Source of the DNA: Pseudomonadota bacterium
GTDB taxonomy: Bacteria; Desulfobacterota; Desulfobulbia; Desulfobulbales; JAGXFP01
Length of the DNA stretch: 64,000 bases
Direction of reading: 5' to 3'
Assembly (NCBI GenBank): GCA_018814305.1
Contig: JAHJAA010000060.1
Span: forward strand, 25,233-89,232
The notes under the pieces are model-generated. The model had not been told where the DNA came from and searched no databases. It saw only the letters and a program-made list of their open reading frames with translations. Within the stretch, counting starts at the first letter, position 1; every line of letters begins with the position of its first letter. This document shows positions 9,762 through 21,845 of this stretch, piece by piece. The position numbers and the translations under genes are program-made.

Positions 9762-10262
9762 ATGACCAAGGACAACACATCCATTACGAATAACATCCCA
9801 CCTGAACCTTCCCCAGCAGAACCCTCGGGAGAATCCAATAAAAAATCATCATTGATTAAAGAAATTTCTTTTGAGCGAACGAAGGTTCTCATCGCGGAAG
9901 ACAACCCAGTGATTCGAAAAGGCTTAATCAACTTCCTGACGAAATGGGGATATGAACCCATTGAAGCCGAAACAGGAGATATCGCCTTCCAGATCGTCGA
10001 ATCTTCACCCGATCTCAGATTGGCTGTATTTGATTGGAACCTACCGGGAATAAGTGGGATGCAACTCTGTCAACGGATCAGGTCCAGGACCTGCGAACAT
10101 TATATGTATATTATCATGTTCAGTTCTCGAAAATCCGAGGAAGAGCAAATTATGGCATTAGATGGTGGGGCGGATGATTACCTGGTCAAGCCAAGCAAAC
10201 CATCAATTCTCCGGGCTCGTCTGGGTGTCGGCAAACGTATTGTCGAATTTTCAGGAAGCTAA
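9762..10262 (+). CDS. Single-domain response regulator (REC) with Pro/Ser-rich N-terminal extension
   Basis: VLIAEDN, DWNLPGISG (phospho-Asp) and GADDYLVKP; no output domain. Confidence 0.88.
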   Translation: MTKDNTSITNNIPPEPSPAEPSGESNKKSSLIKEISFERTKVLIAEDNPVIRKGLINFLTKWGYEPIEAETGDIAFQIVESSPDLRLAVFDWNLPGISGMQLCQRIRSRTCEHYMYIIMFSSRKSEEEQIMALDGGADDYLVKPSKPSILRARLGVGKRIVEFSGS

Positions 10263-10266
10263 AATC

Positions 10267-10303
10267 AAAAACCCCTGAAGAAATAATTTCATCAGGGGTT
10301 TTT
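10267..10303. terminator. Intrinsic terminator (bidirectional-type)
   Basis: A5-CCCCTGA...TCAGGGG-T5 immediately after the REC gene. Confidence 0.8.
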
Positions 10304-10536
10304 CAGGTAAACGGAGCTTGGTCAAAAACAAAACCATCTGACTTCGTAAATTATCCCAAAGTTTATGAGCTACCAGGCCCACCCCCAAGGATAATTTACC
10401 AAGTGCAGACAATGATGAAAGAGAAAAACCCAGGCACCAATATCGACAGCTAAGCAGCTAAACGGAGACCCCTTAGCCATCTCATCCGGTACGATGGACT
10501 TTTTATGAGTCCATCAATATCAAGGTAGCAGAAAAC

Positions 10537-10974
10537 TCAAGCTGCCAGGCGCTGGGCCTCTTTTTTCTTCCTGATGGTGCAAGCCCGTTCAAAGGCCTTC
10601 CGTTTTCCGTATTTCGTTATTGAAACAGAGGTCTTTCCCTGCTTACCTTCTTTATTAACCCAACTGACCTCGTAACGATTCAACTTGTCATTCAAACGGA
10701 CTCCAACCACACCGGTCGAGGTGTTACTGACAGTAACAATATGTTTATCGGTCCGTTGTTTCCCTAGTTTCTTCTCGGTGGTGTCCCTCCAGGTCAAAGC
10801 AGCCAACAAACTGGAATACCGTCCACCATTCTTCTTATCTGAAAAGAATTTGGAGTGAGTTTTACCGAGAAATCTCACCCGGACATACCAACCGTGGGTT
10901 CGCTTTGAAGGTTGATCGATTCTTGCTACATCTTTGTGTTTTTCCAATAAGATTTTCTCTGACTTTTCTGACAT
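10537..10974 (-). CDS. Small basic protein with tandem AP2-like DNA-binding domains
   Basis: First repeat GWYVRV...SKFFSDKKNGG...AALTWRD; second repeat STGVVGV...YEVSW...SVSITKYGKRKAFERACTIRK. No HNH domain. Start MSEK at 10974. Confidence 0.7.
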   Translation of the reverse strand: MSEKSEKILLEKHKDVARIDQPSKRTHGWYVRVRFLGKTHSKFFSDKKNGGRYSSLLAALTWRDTTEKKLGKQRTDKHIVTVSNTSTGVVGVRLNDKLNRYEVSWVNKEGKQGKTSVSITKYGKRKAFERACTIRKKKEAQRLAA

Positions 10975-11733
10975 TTTCCTGGCTCCCAATTGAGGTGATA
11001 AGAAAACAACTCGCCTCTAATTAAAACTGTAGGAGTTCAAACGCAAAACCACCTCGGCTAGACGTTTTATAAAAAAACTCCCTGACCAAACCTCTCCACA
11101 AAACAATCATATATGGATCCAGAATAAAGGAGCAATTATTTTTTCAAATAATTACCCATTCCGAATCCGAAACTACAATCTACAATTTCGATAATCCCCG
11201 TCGCAGAACGCGAATAGACAATGACGCTATTACAAACTGATCCTATTATATCATAATTTATTTTTAAAAAATAGCCCAAACAGACAACTGCATTACTTTA
11301 ATTTCACCAAAATGGCAAAAAAACGACACAACCTAAGGCTAAGGCCGACCAAGAAGCTCCACTAAAGACTTTGAAACCTCTACCAAACACCTTACGAACA
11401 TCATCTGCTCGCCCAATGTAATTTCAAACAAGCACAACCAGAAACAAATCAAGAAATAAATCTAAAAATGGACTATATGTTCGGTTCGGTTAATTGCCGA
11501 TGCACGCGACAGGTACAAAACATACCAAACCAATTAAGGTAAGCTCCTCTTTAATTCTATTTTTTTCTTGAATTGGCGCCATAACCTTTCAATTTCATGC
11601 ACCAATAACTATTGACGGCTACTTGCGCTTCAACAGGGTTCGTTTCTCAGCCATGACCTCCGCCACATTTAACAACCCGATTGTACACAAAAACATATAT
11701 TAAAATCCTAAACGGATGCGCCAAGGAACAACA

Positions 11734-12549
11734 GTGAAAAACACCGCCGACCATCTCGACAGCCTTTATCAGCTTATTAAAAAGCTCAGATCTCCCGAGG
11801 GATGCCCCTGGGACAGAAAACAGACCATTGAAAGTTTCCAGCCATACCTCATTGAAGAGCTCCATGAACTGCTCGAAGCCATTGGAACTGACGACCCTGA
11901 ACATATAAAAGAAGAACTGGGTGATTTGCTTTTCCAGATACTCTTTATCAATAACCTTTATGAAGAAAAAGGGGCTTTTGATCTCAACCAGGTCATGATC
12001 TCCATCACGCAAAAAATGATCCGCCGCCATCCTCATGTGTTTGAAGGAAGTAAAATCAGAGACGAGAAGGATCTGCGCAAGAACTGGAACAGAATTAAAA
12101 ACGAAGAAAAGAGGGCCACTGAATCCCCGGCAACGAAACTTTTCTCGTACCCTAAATCCCTGCCCGCGCTTCTCCGGGCACAACGGGTTTCATCAAGGGC
12201 GGTGAGCAGTGGTTTTGAATGGCCTGATCTCGAATCAGTTTTTGACAAATTGGCCGAAGAGCTTTCTGAACTCCACCACGCCTTTGATCATGGGACATCA
12301 GCTGAGATCGAAGATGAAATCGGTGACGTCCTCTTTACCATGGTTAATATTGCCAGAAAATCAGGCTTTGATGCCGAGCAGACCCTCCAGAAATCAACCG
12401 ATAAATTCATCAACCGCTTTGAATGCCTGGCCGGGATAGCTTCCACAGAAGGTAAGGTCATCGAAGAACTCAATATTGATGAAATGCAGCGTTTATGGCA
12501 ACAGGCCAAAGCTCTTACCACAAAAAAAGGATTTGACACAAAAAACTGA
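11734..12549 (+). CDS. mazG: Nucleoside triphosphate pyrophosphohydrolase MazG
   Basis: LRSPEGCPWDRKQT, EELGDLL, IRRHPHVF, GFEW and DEIGDVLF; start is GTG 11734 or ATG 11716. Confidence 0.95.
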   Translation: MKNTADHLDSLYQLIKKLRSPEGCPWDRKQTIESFQPYLIEELHELLEAIGTDDPEHIKEELGDLLFQILFINNLYEEKGAFDLNQVMISITQKMIRRHPHVFEGSKIRDEKDLRKNWNRIKNEEKRATESPATKLFSYPKSLPALLRAQRVSSRAVSSGFEWPDLESVFDKLAEELSELHHAFDHGTSAEIEDEIGDVLFTMVNIARKSGFDAEQTLQKSTDKFINRFECLAGIASTEGKVIEELNIDEMQRLWQQAKALTTKKGFDTKN

Positions 12550-12561
12550 CTATGTTATCAA
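12533..12561 (+). promoter_or_regulatory. Putative sigma70 promoter of the rpsF operon
   Basis: TTGACA-17 nt-TATCAA with an extended TG, overlapping the end of mazG. Confidence 0.5.
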
Positions 12562-12597
12562 AGTCGCTTACTTTTTTGCAGCCTGAAGAGGCTGTAG

Positions 12598-12669
12598 AAC
12601 TCCTTGCTCTCGGTCCGGCCCAGGTCGGCGACCAAGGGCCAAATTTCGTTATGTCCACGAGGAGATGTT
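12598..12669 (+). ncRNA. S6:S18 ribosomal protein autoregulatory leader
   Basis: CTCCTTG can pair with the SD region CGAGGAG. Internal hairpin GCTCTCGGTC...GACCAAGGGC whose 3' end runs into a GCCA (RCCR) motif, directly upstream of rpsF. Confidence 0.65.
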
Positions 12670-13083
12670 ATGCTGAGAAGGTACGAAACAATTATCATCG
12701 TTAAACCCGTTATGGGTGAAGACGAGATCCAGGGTATTGTTGAAAAGACCACTGGAATCATTGAGGGCTTTGATGGCTCGATGGTGAGAACCGATCGCTG
12801 GGGCCTCAAAAAGCTGGCCTATTTGATCCAGAAGGAACAGCAGGGGTTTTATATCTATTTCGAATACGCCGGAACCCCCGAAGCAGTCAACGAGATCGAA
12901 AGAATCTATCGTATTGACGACCGGATCATGAAATACCTGACTGTCAAGTTGCAGGATGTCTTTGCCGCCAAACCGGAAGACGAAGAAATACCCGAAGAGG
13001 CGACCGAAAAGACACCTGAAGAGACCACCGATACAGATGGCGCCGACTTTGATGAAGCGGAAGCCGATTCGCTCGAAGAATAA
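12670..13083 (+). CDS. rpsF: 30S ribosomal protein S6
   Basis: MLRRYETIII, WGLKKLAYLI and an acidic C-terminal tail; ATG 12670 after GGAG. Confidence 0.96.
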   Translation: MLRRYETIIIVKPVMGEDEIQGIVEKTTGIIEGFDGSMVRTDRWGLKKLAYLIQKEQQGFYIYFEYAGTPEAVNEIERIYRIDDRIMKYLTVKLQDVFAAKPEDEEIPEEATEKTPEETTDTDGADFDEAEADSLEE

Positions 13084-13151
13084 TATCCTCTTGATCTGGG
13101 AAGGACCCGAACGGGTACCAACCCAATTCTTTCGAATAAGGAGATTTCAAC

Positions 13152-13409
13152 ATGGCTGCACCAACTAAAAATTATGGCAAAAAAAGAACCTTCAGCCGAA
13201 AAAAATCGTGCCGTTTCTGTGCCGACTCCACCTTGGCTATTGATTACAAAGAAATCCGTGTACTGAATAATTTCATAACCGAACGGGGTAAAATCATTCC
13301 TCGCCGGATTTATGGTAATTGTGCCAAACATCAGCGGCAGGTCACAGAGGCCATCAAGAGGGCTCGTCATATTGCCCTATTGCCATATACAGGAACAAAC
13401 GTCGGCTGA
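13152..13409 (+). CDS. rpsR: 30S ribosomal protein S18 (Zn-binding C+ type)
   Basis: [27 protein letters not shown] and AIKRAR. Confidence 0.97.
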   Translation: MAAPTKNYGKKRTFSRKKSCRFCADSTLAIDYKEIRVLNNFITERGKIIPRRIYGNCAKHQRQVTEAIKRARHIALLPYTGTNVG

Positions 13410-13446
13410 TATATTTTTTTCAATCAACCGGCAACTCGGGGGGAAC

Positions 13447-14421
13447 ATGGCTGACTCAGGGGGCAGCATCTTCTCTGGCCGAATGATCGACCCGCATGGG
13501 TTTTTCATCTCCCTGGCAGTACTTGGCCTTCCGGTTGTAACTCCAGAGTTTATCTGGCTGCAATTATTGACCCCTCTTCTTATTTTTTTCTATTTCCATG
13601 GAAAAAGAGAAGAAAAAGGAACAAATACCCTCTCGGCGGCATTAGGGATCTGCGGGATCGGCGCTTTACTCCAGGGGGAACTGCCGACCTTCTTTTTTTC
13701 GGTAACCATGATCCCGGTCGGAATTGCTTTGGCACATTCCGCATCCAAAAATTATTCGCCGGGAAAATCAGGCAGCTATGCATTAGCTGCCTTACTCGGT
13801 TCCGTCTGCTTCTGGTTGATCATTGCTGAGCTTGTATTTCACGTCAGCCTTTACCAACAGCTGCAGACCAGTATAATAGTCGGGTTGAAATCCGCTGGGG
13901 ATGTCTTACTTCAATCAAACGATCTCCCGGCTGAGCAAAAAGCGGAAGTTGCCGCATCATTTGAGATGCTGCAAGAGCTTATCCCCATGATATTACCGGG
14001 GTTACTATTCACGACCATGTTGAATACAGTATTTTTAAACATGGTCGCCGGACAAGCCTTGTTCCGCCGGAAAAAATTGGCCTTACCTTGGTCGCCGGTC
14101 AAGACGTGGCGGCTTCCCGACCAACTGGTCGGACTTGTAATTTTCGCAGGAATCTGTCTGCTCATCCCCCTTCCCGCCACGAAGGCTTGGGGACAGAACC
14201 TGATGCTCATCGTCGCTTCGCTCTATTTTTTTCAAGGGCTGGCAGTTGTGACCGGATTTTTTTTCCGGTGGAAAATACCGATGCCAATCAGGATCCTGAC
14301 CATAGCTTTGTTGCTTTTGCAAGCCTATGGAGTCATGATCATTGCTATTGTCGGGCTGGCCGATGTCTGGGCCGATTTCGGAAGTATAAAATCGGCTCCG
14401 ACTAAGAATAATGATGGGTAA
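13447..14421 (+). CDS. YybS/DUF2232-family membrane protein
   Basis: Multi-TM protein with WRLPD, YFFQGLAV and GLADVWADF; conserved position between rpsR and rplI. Confidence 0.85.
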   Translation: MADSGGSIFSGRMIDPHGFFISLAVLGLPVVTPEFIWLQLLTPLLIFFYFHGKREEKGTNTLSAALGICGIGALLQGELPTFFFSVTMIPVGIALAHSASKNYSPGKSGSYALAALLGSVCFWLIIAELVFHVSLYQQLQTSIIVGLKSAGDVLLQSNDLPAEQKAEVAASFEMLQELIPMILPGLLFTTMLNTVFLNMVAGQALFRRKKLALPWSPVKTWRLPDQLVGLVIFAGICLLIPLPATKAWGQNLMLIVASLYFFQGLAVVTGFFFRWKIPMPIRILTIALLLLQAYGVMIIAIVGLADVWADFGSIKSAPTKNNDG

Positions 14422-14533
14422 GCGGACCACCTTTCCGCTCCCGCAGATAAAAACTTTAAAACATTCCCATCTTCAGCTTGGACATTGATTATGTCCAGGT
14501 TGGATGAAAGAATTTTTAGCAAGGAGAAGAGCA

Positions 14534-14995
14534 ATGGAACTCATTCTGAAAGAAACAATCGATACCCTTGGTGAAATCGGTGACGTGGTCAATGTCAAAC
14601 CAGGCTACGGCAGAAATTTCTTGGTTCCCCATGGTAAAGCAGTGATGGCAACCAAATCAAATCTGACCATGCTGGAAAAAGAAAAAGCAGCCATCGACGC
14701 CAGAAAGGCGGCTTCACGAGCTGAGGCTGAGTCCATCGCCAAAAAACTGTCCGGCATTACAATCATGATTGAACAGCGAGCCGGAACAGAGGATAAACTT
14801 TTTGGTTCGGTGACTGCGGCAGATATTACCGAAAAGCTGGCTGCCTTGGGTGTTACCATTGATCGCAAAAAAATCCAACTGGACGAGCCCATCAAAACCC
14901 TGGGTGAGCACATGGTCACGATTAAGATCGGGTACCAAGTCAGCGCTGTTATCAAGGTCCAGGTAGCCCCCCTGTCTGAAGAGACAGAAGCCTGA
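14534..14995 (+). CDS. rplI: 50S ribosomal protein L9
   Basis: MELILKE...LGEIGDVVNVKPGYGRNFL, KLFGSVT and PIKTLG. Confidence 0.97.
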   Translation: MELILKETIDTLGEIGDVVNVKPGYGRNFLVPHGKAVMATKSNLTMLEKEKAAIDARKAASRAEAESIAKKLSGITIMIEQRAGTEDKLFGSVTAADITEKLAALGVTIDRKKIQLDEPIKTLGEHMVTIKIGYQVSAVIKVQVAPLSEETEA

Positions 14996-15091
14996 ACCTT
15001 TTGAACATCATCCTGGTTTTTATCCAGGGTGAGACTTTATTCATCAACCTGCACAGAAGCTTCGGTTGATTACGCTCAAAAAAAAGCATCT

Positions 15092-15129
15092 GCCCGGACA
15101 ATCATTGCCTTGATTGTCCGGGCTTTTTT
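15092..15129 (+). terminator. Intrinsic terminator after rplI
   Basis: GCCCGGACAATCA-TTGCCT-TGATTGTCCGGGC-T6. Confidence 0.8.
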
Positions 15130-15239
15130 ATTGCTCACTCCGGACTATAAAATTTCTGCTGGACGCCCCACCCGTAATGCGGTATCGTCTTTTTTTTCCA
15201 CCCGTTATTTCCTTTTCTCATCACATCCCTTGACTGTAC

Positions 15240-16613
15240 ATGGAATCGGCCAGCAAACCATCAAAATCGCTCCACCGCCTCCCTCCCCAGAATGTTGAGG
15301 CCGAGCAATGCGTTCTCGGCTCCATCCTTCTCCACCAGGGTGCAATCCTCAAGGCCATTGAGCAACTTGAGCCCGATGACTTTTACCGTCCGGAACACGC
15401 CAAAATATTTGATGCAATGGTCGCCCTGTTTGAAAAAGCAGAGCCCCAGGACCTGATCACCGTCACTGAAATTCTGCAAAAGAAAGGCACTCTTGAACAG
15501 GCTGGAGGTCCCGCCTATCTCGCGACTTTGACCGATATTGTCCCGGTCTCCACCAATATTGCCTACTATGCCAAAATTGTCCGCGAGAAATCGATTCTGC
15601 GCCAACTGATCAAGACCACCACGGAAATCGCCTCTCGATGTTATGAAGAACAGGAAGAGATCGACACCCTGCTTGATGAAACGGAGCAGACGATTTTCCA
15701 GATATCCAACTCAAAAAGCAATCAATCGTTTGTCGCCATCAAAAGTGTGATAAAAACCGCCTTTTCCGAGCTGGAAAAGCTGGCCGATCGCAAAGAATTG
15801 ATCACCGGGGTTCCGTCCGGATTTGATGCGTTCGACAAGATGACCGCCGGTCTCCAACCCTCGGACATGATCATCCTCGCCGGTCGCCCCAGTATGGGGA
15901 AAACCGCCCTGGCCATGAACATGGCCCAGAATGCCGCCATCCTGCACAAAGTTCCGGTGGGCGTTTTCAGTCTCGAGATGTCCAAAGAACAGCTTGGAAT
16001 GAGGATGCTCTGCTCCATCAGCAGGGTCGATTCACATAATATGCGAACCGGCAACATCAAAGACACTGACTGGCAGAAACTGGCTCGCGCCACCGGGATC
16101 CTTTCGGAAACCAAGATCTTTATCGATGACACCCCGGCCCTCAGTGTTCTGGACATGCGGGCTAAGGCACGCCGACTCAAGGCTGAACACAATCTCGGCC
16201 TGGTGGTGGTCGACTATCTTCAGCTCATGCGTGGCCATAGCAAGAACAGCGAGCGACGTGAACAGGAGATCAGTGAAATTTCCCGCTCATTAAAGGCCAT
16301 GGCCAAGGAACTCCATATTCCGGTCATTGCCCTGTCCCAGCTCAATCGAAGTCTTGAAAATCGTCCAAACAAAAGGCCCCAACTCTCAGACCTTCGCGAG
16401 TCTGGAGCCATTGAACAGGACGCCGACGTAATCTGTTTTATATACCGTGACGAGGTATACAACAAAGCTGAAGACAATCCTAATCGTGGAATGGCCGAAC
16501 TGATCATCGGCAAGCAACGGAACGGCCCCACCGGTACGGTCAAGCTGGCCTTCCTGAGCCACATCACCACCTTTGAAAATCTGGCCCATCACGATTATCC
16601 TGATAACGATTGA
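15240..16613 (+). CDS. dnaB: Replicative DNA helicase
   Basis: [46 protein letters not shown] and KQRNGPTG; no intein. Confidence 0.97.
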   Translation: MESASKPSKSLHRLPPQNVEAEQCVLGSILLHQGAILKAIEQLEPDDFYRPEHAKIFDAMVALFEKAEPQDLITVTEILQKKGTLEQAGGPAYLATLTDIVPVSTNIAYYAKIVREKSILRQLIKTTTEIASRCYEEQEEIDTLLDETEQTIFQISNSKSNQSFVAIKSVIKTAFSELEKLADRKELITGVPSGFDAFDKMTAGLQPSDMIILAGRPSMGKTALAMNMAQNAAILHKVPVGVFSLEMSKEQLGMRMLCSISRVDSHNMRTGNIKDTDWQKLARATGILSETKIFIDDTPALSVLDMRAKARRLKAEHNLGLVVVDYLQLMRGHSKNSERREQEISEISRSLKAMAKELHIPVIALSQLNRSLENRPNKRPQLSDLRESGAIEQDADVICFIYRDEVYNKAEDNPNRGMAELIIGKQRNGPTGTVKLAFLSHITTFENLAHHDYPDND

Positions 16614-16629
16614 AAATGGAATAAGACCC

Positions 16630-19125
16630 ATGGCAACTGAAACAAATATTCACTATGACTTTGCCGCCATCGAAAAAAAATGGCGGACCAAATGGCTCAC
16701 TGAAAAGACCTTCAAGGTAACCGAGGACGCTTCTTTACCAAAATATTACCTGCTGGAAATGTTTCCATACCCCTCCGGAAAAATCCACATGGGCCACGTC
16801 AGGAACTACACCATTGGCGATGTGGTGGCTCGCTATAAAAGAATGATGGGTTTCCACGTCATGCATCCAATGGGTTGGGACGCTTTCGGGCTGCCGGCTG
16901 AAAACGCTGCAATCAAAAACAATACCCAACCAGCCAAGTGGACCTTCGAGAACATCGATTACATGCGCACCCAGCTTCAAAGGATGGGTTTCAGTTATGA
17001 CTGGGATCGGGAACTGGCCACCTGTCGACCTGAATACTATCGTTGGGAGCAGCTATTTTTTATTAAAATGTATGAAAAAGGCCTGGTCTATCGTAAAGAA
17101 ACGAAGGTCAACTGGTGTGAAACCTGCCAAACCGTTCTGGCCAATGAACAGGTAATAGAGGGCACCTGCTGGCGCTGTGACCAGGAAGTGCGGGATCGGA
17201 AGATGCACGGCTGGTTCTTCAAGATCACCGATTACACCGAAGAACTCCTGGCTGAATGCGACACCCTGACCGGGTGGCCGGAAAAAGTTCTGACTATGCA
17301 GAAGAATTGGATCGGTCGTTCCGAGGGATTGGAGGTTGAATTTCCCGTGGAGAATTCAACCGATACCCTGAAAATATTCACCACCCGCCCGGATACCATC
17401 TTCGGGGTTACCTTCATGTCACTCGCCCCGGAACATCCCCTGGTGGAAAAGCTCACCCAGGGGACCGATCATGAACACAAGGTTAAAGCGTTTGTCTCTC
17501 GGATTATCACCGAAAAACAGAAACAGGCCACGGACCAGGAACCGGAAAAAGAAGGAATTTTCACCGGCTGTTATTGCACCAATCCGTTTAATGGTGAACG
17601 TATGCCCATTTACGTTGCCAATTTTGTCTTAATGGAATACGGCACCGGTGCGGTGATGGCGGTTCCGGCCCATGACCAGCGCGATTTCGAATTCGCCCGG
17701 AAGTATACTATACCCGTCAAGGTGGTCATCACTCCATCCGAGACAACCCTGGTGCCGGAGGATATGACCGAGGCTTACTGCGAACCGGGAATACTCACCG
17801 AATCCGGTCAATTCACCAATTTGGCCAGCGAGGTCGCCAAAAAATCCATTATCGACCATGCCGAGGCCTTGGGTTACGGGAATCGACAGGTCAATTTTCG
17901 TCTGCATGACTGGGGAATATCCCGGCAACGGTACTGGGGATCACCCATTCCCATGGTCCACTGCAAAACCTGCGGAATCCAGCCCGTCCCCATCGAGGAA
18001 CTCCCGGTGACCCTGCCGGACCAGGTAACCATCGATCAGACCGGCAAATCACCGCTCCACACCATGGAAAGCTTTTATCGAACCACCTGCCCCTCCTGTG
18101 GAGGTGATGCCCGTCGCGAAACCGACACCATGGATACCTTCGTGGAATCATCCTGGTATTTTGCCCGTTACTGCTGTCCTGATTTCACCGACGGCCCTCT
18201 GAAAAAAGAAGCTGTAGATTACTGGCTGCCAGTGGATCAGTACATCGGGGGGGTGGAACACGCCATTCTCCACCTGCTCTATTCGCGTTTTTTCACTAAG
18301 GTCCTTCGCGACCTCGGCTACCTGACCATTTCCGAGCCCTTCACCAATCTCCTGACCCAGGGGATGGTCATTAAAGATGGGAAAAAAATGTCGAAATCAA
18401 AGGGGAATGTGGTCGACCCCAACGATTTGATTAATAAATACGGGGCCGACACTGTCCGTTTGTTCAGCCTCTTTGCCGCCCCACCAGACAAAGATCTGGA
18501 ATGGAACCATCAGGGTGTAGAAGGGGCTTTTCGTTTTCTTACCCGTTTTTTTCGTTTCGTAATCACCAACCTTGAAACCATCCGCTTGGCACCGGGCGTT
18601 CAGGACACTGATCTTGATGACCAGGGCCGGGCACTCCACCGGAAGGTTCACCAAACAATTCGCAAGGTCAGTACGGACATCGAGACCCGTTTTCATTTCA
18701 ACACTGCCATCAGCGCCGTGATGGAACTCAGCAATATGTTGCACTCAATGGCTGGCGAAGAGTCCGGGGAAAAAGTAAGTCCCATGGTCATCCGCGAAGC
18801 GGTTGAGGCGATGATTCGCCTGCTCTCCCCCATGACCCCCCATATCTGCGAGGAACTCTGGCAGATGATCGGACATTCGACGGACCTTTTCAGGACCAAA
18901 TGGCCGAATTTTGATCTTGAAGCGGCAGCTGAGGAAGAAATCACCGTGGTGGTGCAGGTGAACGGCAAGGTCCGTAGCCGCCTGCAGGTGGCCCCGGACA
19001 CCAATGAAGATGAGTTAAAACCACTGGCCCTGGATGATGAGCGCATCGAAAAATTTCTTGAGGGAAAAACCGTTCGCAAGATCATTGTAGTCCCGAATAA
19101 ATTGATCAATATTGTTGCCTCGTGA
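16630..19125 (+). CDS. leuS: Leucine--tRNA ligase
   Basis: MFPYPSG, HMGH, FTTRPDT editing domain, KMSKS and VVQVNGKVR; start ATG 16630. Confidence 0.97.
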   Translation: MATETNIHYDFAAIEKKWRTKWLTEKTFKVTEDASLPKYYLLEMFPYPSGKIHMGHVRNYTIGDVVARYKRMMGFHVMHPMGWDAFGLPAENAAIKNNTQPAKWTFENIDYMRTQLQRMGFSYDWDRELATCRPEYYRWEQLFFIKMYEKGLVYRKETKVNWCETCQTVLANEQVIEGTCWRCDQEVRDRKMHGWFFKITDYTEELLAECDTLTGWPEKVLTMQKNWIGRSEGLEVEFPVENSTDTLKIFTTRPDTIFGVTFMSLAPEHPLVEKLTQGTDHEHKVKAFVSRIITEKQKQATDQEPEKEGIFTGCYCTNPFNGERMPIYVANFVLMEYGTGAVMAVPAHDQRDFEFARKYTIPVKVVITPSETTLVPEDMTEAYCEPGILTESGQFTNLASEVAKKSIIDHAEALGYGNRQVNFRLHDWGISRQRYWGSPIPMVHCKTCGIQPVPIEELPVTLPDQVTIDQTGKSPLHTMESFYRTTCPSCGGDARRETDTMDTFVESSWYFARYCCPDFTDGPLKKEAVDYWLPVDQYIGGVEHAILHLLYSRFFTKVLRDLGYLTISEPFTNLLTQGMVIKDGKKMSKSKGNVVDPNDLINKYGADTVRLFSLFAAPPDKDLEWNHQGVEGAFRFLTRFFRFVITNLETIRLAPGVQDTDLDDQGRALHRKVHQTIRKVSTDIETRFHFNTAISAVMELSNMLHSMAGEESGEKVSPMVIREAVEAMIRLLSPMTPHICEELWQMIGHSTDLFRTKWPNFDLEAAAEEEITVVVQVNGKVRSRLQVAPDTNEDELKPLALDDERIEKFLEGKTVRKIIVVPNKLINIVAS

Positions 19126-19697
19126 TTATCATCAGCTGCGCAAAAAACTCACGTTTTCTGCTTTTCGGCTTTTTTTTACTGTTGGCACTGACCAGGTGCG
19201 GGTATCATAACCCTTATTCATTGACCTTTGGTCCTGATGACCACCCGTTAGGAATTTACCTACCGCTCTGGGAAAATCGCAGTAATGAGTTGGGCCTTGA
19301 TGGTCTTTTTCACCAAAAGACCTCGAATTGGCTGCAGGAGTCCCCTTACCTTAAGGAAACAGTTACAGCCGAAGAGGCCGATCTGATCCTTACCGGATCG
19401 ATCCTCGGGGTCGATTTTCCGGCAGCATCCTATTCAAAGTCGGACACAGCGGTGACCTTGAAGGCCCGAGTCCGGGTGACCTACCGACTGACCGAACGGA
19501 AAACAGGACGAGTCCTCTGGACAGTGGCCAAGTCTGAAAGGACCACAGATTATCGGGTGGCCGCTGATGCCGTCCGCACCCAGGGCGCCAAACAGGAGGC
19601 CCTGAAGACCATTGCCGATGAAATTAGTGAACAGATCTACTTGAAAATATATTATACCCTGACCCGAAAGACTCAAAATTTGTCCCCAGCGCCCTAA
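19122..19697 (+). CDS. lptE: LPS assembly lipoprotein LptE-family protein
   Basis: Lipobox LTRC followed by GY; canonical position overlapping the leuS stop. Confidence 0.75.
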   Translation: MIIISCAKNSRFLLFGFFLLLALTRCGYHNPYSLTFGPDDHPLGIYLPLWENRSNELGLDGLFHQKTSNWLQESPYLKETVTAEEADLILTGSILGVDFPAASYSKSDTAVTLKARVRVTYRLTERKTGRVLWTVAKSERTTDYRVAADAVRTQGAKQEALKTIADEISEQIYLKIYYTLTRKTQNLSPAP

Positions 19698-19826
19698 TGT
19701 TCAAACACCGTGAGGACTACATAGTCATTCGGCAGGTATTTTAACCTCAGACACTCGTGTATTTCACCAATTGCTCAAGAAATTTGAAGACCGTTCTACT
19801 GATTAAGAAAAAAGTGGAGACCATCA

Positions 19827-21824
19827 ATGGAGTCACGTAAAACATTGGCCAACGCCATCAGGGCGTTAAGCATGGATGCGGTTCAGAAAGCAAAATCAGG
19901 CCACCCCGGCGCCCCTCTCGGTATGGCTGACATTGCCGAGGTCCTCTGGAATGATTTTTTAAAGCATAATCCGACCAATCCGCATTGGCCCGACCGCGAC
20001 CGTTTCGTTTTGTCAAATGGTCATGGCTCCATGCTGATTTATTCGCTCCTCCACCTGTCAGGATATGCCCTCACCATCGAGGATCTCCAGAATTTCCGTC
20101 AACTCCATTCCAAAACACCGGGTCATCCCGAGTATGGTTACGCTCCAGGGGTGGAAACAACAACGGGTCCGCTCGGCCAAGGAATCGCCAATGCCGTCGG
20201 TATGGCCATCGCGGAACGAACCATGGCGGCCCAGTTCAACCGGGCCGGTCATACGATCGTTGACCATTATACCTATACCTTCATGGGCGACGGCTGCATG
20301 ATGGAGGGAATCTCCCACGAGGCCTGCTCTCTGGCCGGGGCCCTTGGTCTGGGGAAACTGATCGCCGTCTATGATGACAACGGCATCTCCATCGACGGCG
20401 AGGTTACGGGTTGGTTTAAGGATAACACCCCGCAACGTTTTCGGGCTTACGGCTGGCATGTCATTGAAAATGTTGACGGCCACAACGCAGAGGCGATTAA
20501 AAAGGCCTTTATCGAGGCCCGGAGCACCACCGACCGTCCAAGCCTCATCTGCTGTAAGACCCTCATCGGGTACGGGTGTCCCAACAAGGGTGGGAAAGAG
20601 GAATGTCACGGAGCACCTTTGGGTGATGAAGAGATCGCCTTGACCCGTGAAGCTCTGAACTGGCCCCATGCCCCCTTTGTCATCCCCGAAGAGGTCTACC
20701 GGGGCTGGAATGCCGTGGATGAAGGCAAGCGGGTGGAAGCGGATTGGAAAAAAAGTTTCATGCTCTACCAGGAAGCCTACCCAGTGGAAGCTGCCGAATT
20801 TAATCGCCGGATTAAGGGTGAGCTTCCCGGTAACTGGTCTGCCTCATCAACCTCGTTTATCAACGAAGTTAATTCAAAGGCTACAAAGGTTGCCACTCGC
20901 AAAGCCTCGCAGATCTGCCTCAATGGTTACGGCCCCCATCTCCCTGAATTGATCGGTGGTTCCGCCGATCTGGCCGGCTCCAATCTCACCATCTGGTCTG
21001 GCAGCAAGGGCATTCAAGAAAACAATGCCGGGAACTATATCTATTTCGGAGTCCGGGAGTTCGCTATGGCCGCCATTGCCAACGGACTCGCCCTGCATGG
21101 TGGCTTCATTCCCTATACCGCAACCTTCCTGATCTTTTCGGAATATGCTCGAAATGCCCTCAGAATGGCGGCCCTGATGAAACAGCGCTCGATCTATGTC
21201 TTCACCCATGACTCCATCGGGCTAGGAGAAGACGGACCGACCCATCAGCCAGTTGAACAGGCCGCCACCCTGCGATTGATCCCCAACATGAGTCTCTGGC
21301 GCCCCTGTGACGGAGTCGAAACAGCAGTGGCCTGGAAAAGCGCCCTGGAACGGAAAACCGGGCCGACCTCGCTGCTCCTCTCCCGACAGGGCCTGCCCCA
21401 TCAACCTCGAACTTCGGAACAATTGAAAAACATCGCCAAGGGTGGCTACATCCTTCTCGATTGCGGTGGTGAAACACCCGACGCCATTATCATCGCCACC
21501 GGTTCCGAGGTCGAACTGGCCATCAATGCCGCCAATGACCTGGCTGGGCAAGGCAAGAAAATCCGGGTGGTTTCCATGCCCTCAACGGATATATTTGAAG
21601 AACAGGATGCTGCCTATCAGCAGTCCGTCCTGCCCGATACGGTAACGGCCCGGGTGGTGATCGAAGCTGGAGTCACCGGAGGCTGGTACAAGTACGTCGG
21701 CAGGAACGGGAAGATCATCGGCCTGGATCACTTCGGTGAATCCGCTCCGGCCGAAGAACTCTTCAAGGAATTTGGCTTTACCGTCGACAATGTGGTCATG
21801 ACCGTGGAAAGCCTCCTCGGATAA
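19827..21824 (+). CDS. tkt: Transketolase
   Basis: [38 protein letters not shown] and [16 protein letters not shown]. Confidence 0.98.
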   Translation: MESRKTLANAIRALSMDAVQKAKSGHPGAPLGMADIAEVLWNDFLKHNPTNPHWPDRDRFVLSNGHGSMLIYSLLHLSGYALTIEDLQNFRQLHSKTPGHPEYGYAPGVETTTGPLGQGIANAVGMAIAERTMAAQFNRAGHTIVDHYTYTFMGDGCMMEGISHEACSLAGALGLGKLIAVYDDNGISIDGEVTGWFKDNTPQRFRAYGWHVIENVDGHNAEAIKKAFIEARSTTDRPSLICCKTLIGYGCPNKGGKEECHGAPLGDEEIALTREALNWPHAPFVIPEEVYRGWNAVDEGKRVEADWKKSFMLYQEAYPVEAAEFNRRIKGELPGNWSASSTSFINEVNSKATKVATRKASQICLNGYGPHLPELIGGSADLAGSNLTIWSGSKGIQENNAGNYIYFGVREFAMAAIANGLALHGGFIPYTATFLIFSEYARNALRMAALMKQRSIYVFTHDSIGLGEDGPTHQPVEQAATLRLIPNMSLWRPCDGVETAVAWKSALERKTGPTSLLLSRQGLPHQPRTSEQLKNIAKGGYILLDCGGETPDAIIIATGSEVELAINAANDLAGQGKKIRVVSMPSTDIFEEQDAAYQQSVLPDTVTARVVIEAGVTGGWYKYVGRNGKIIGLDHFGESAPAEELFKEFGFTVDNVVMTVESLLG

Positions 21825-21845
21825 TCGAATCTTTCATTCTTTAAT

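Noticed and set aside
11030-11070. ACGCAAAACC resembling the c-di-GMP-I riboswitch core
   Set aside because: No upstream GGCAAA/GNRA P2 hairpin, and it is on the wrong strand for the adjacent AP2 gene.
13084-13151. Absence of ssb/priB between rpsF and rpsR
   Set aside because: rpsF-rpsR-DUF2232-rplI-dnaB is a common arrangement in deltaproteobacteria.
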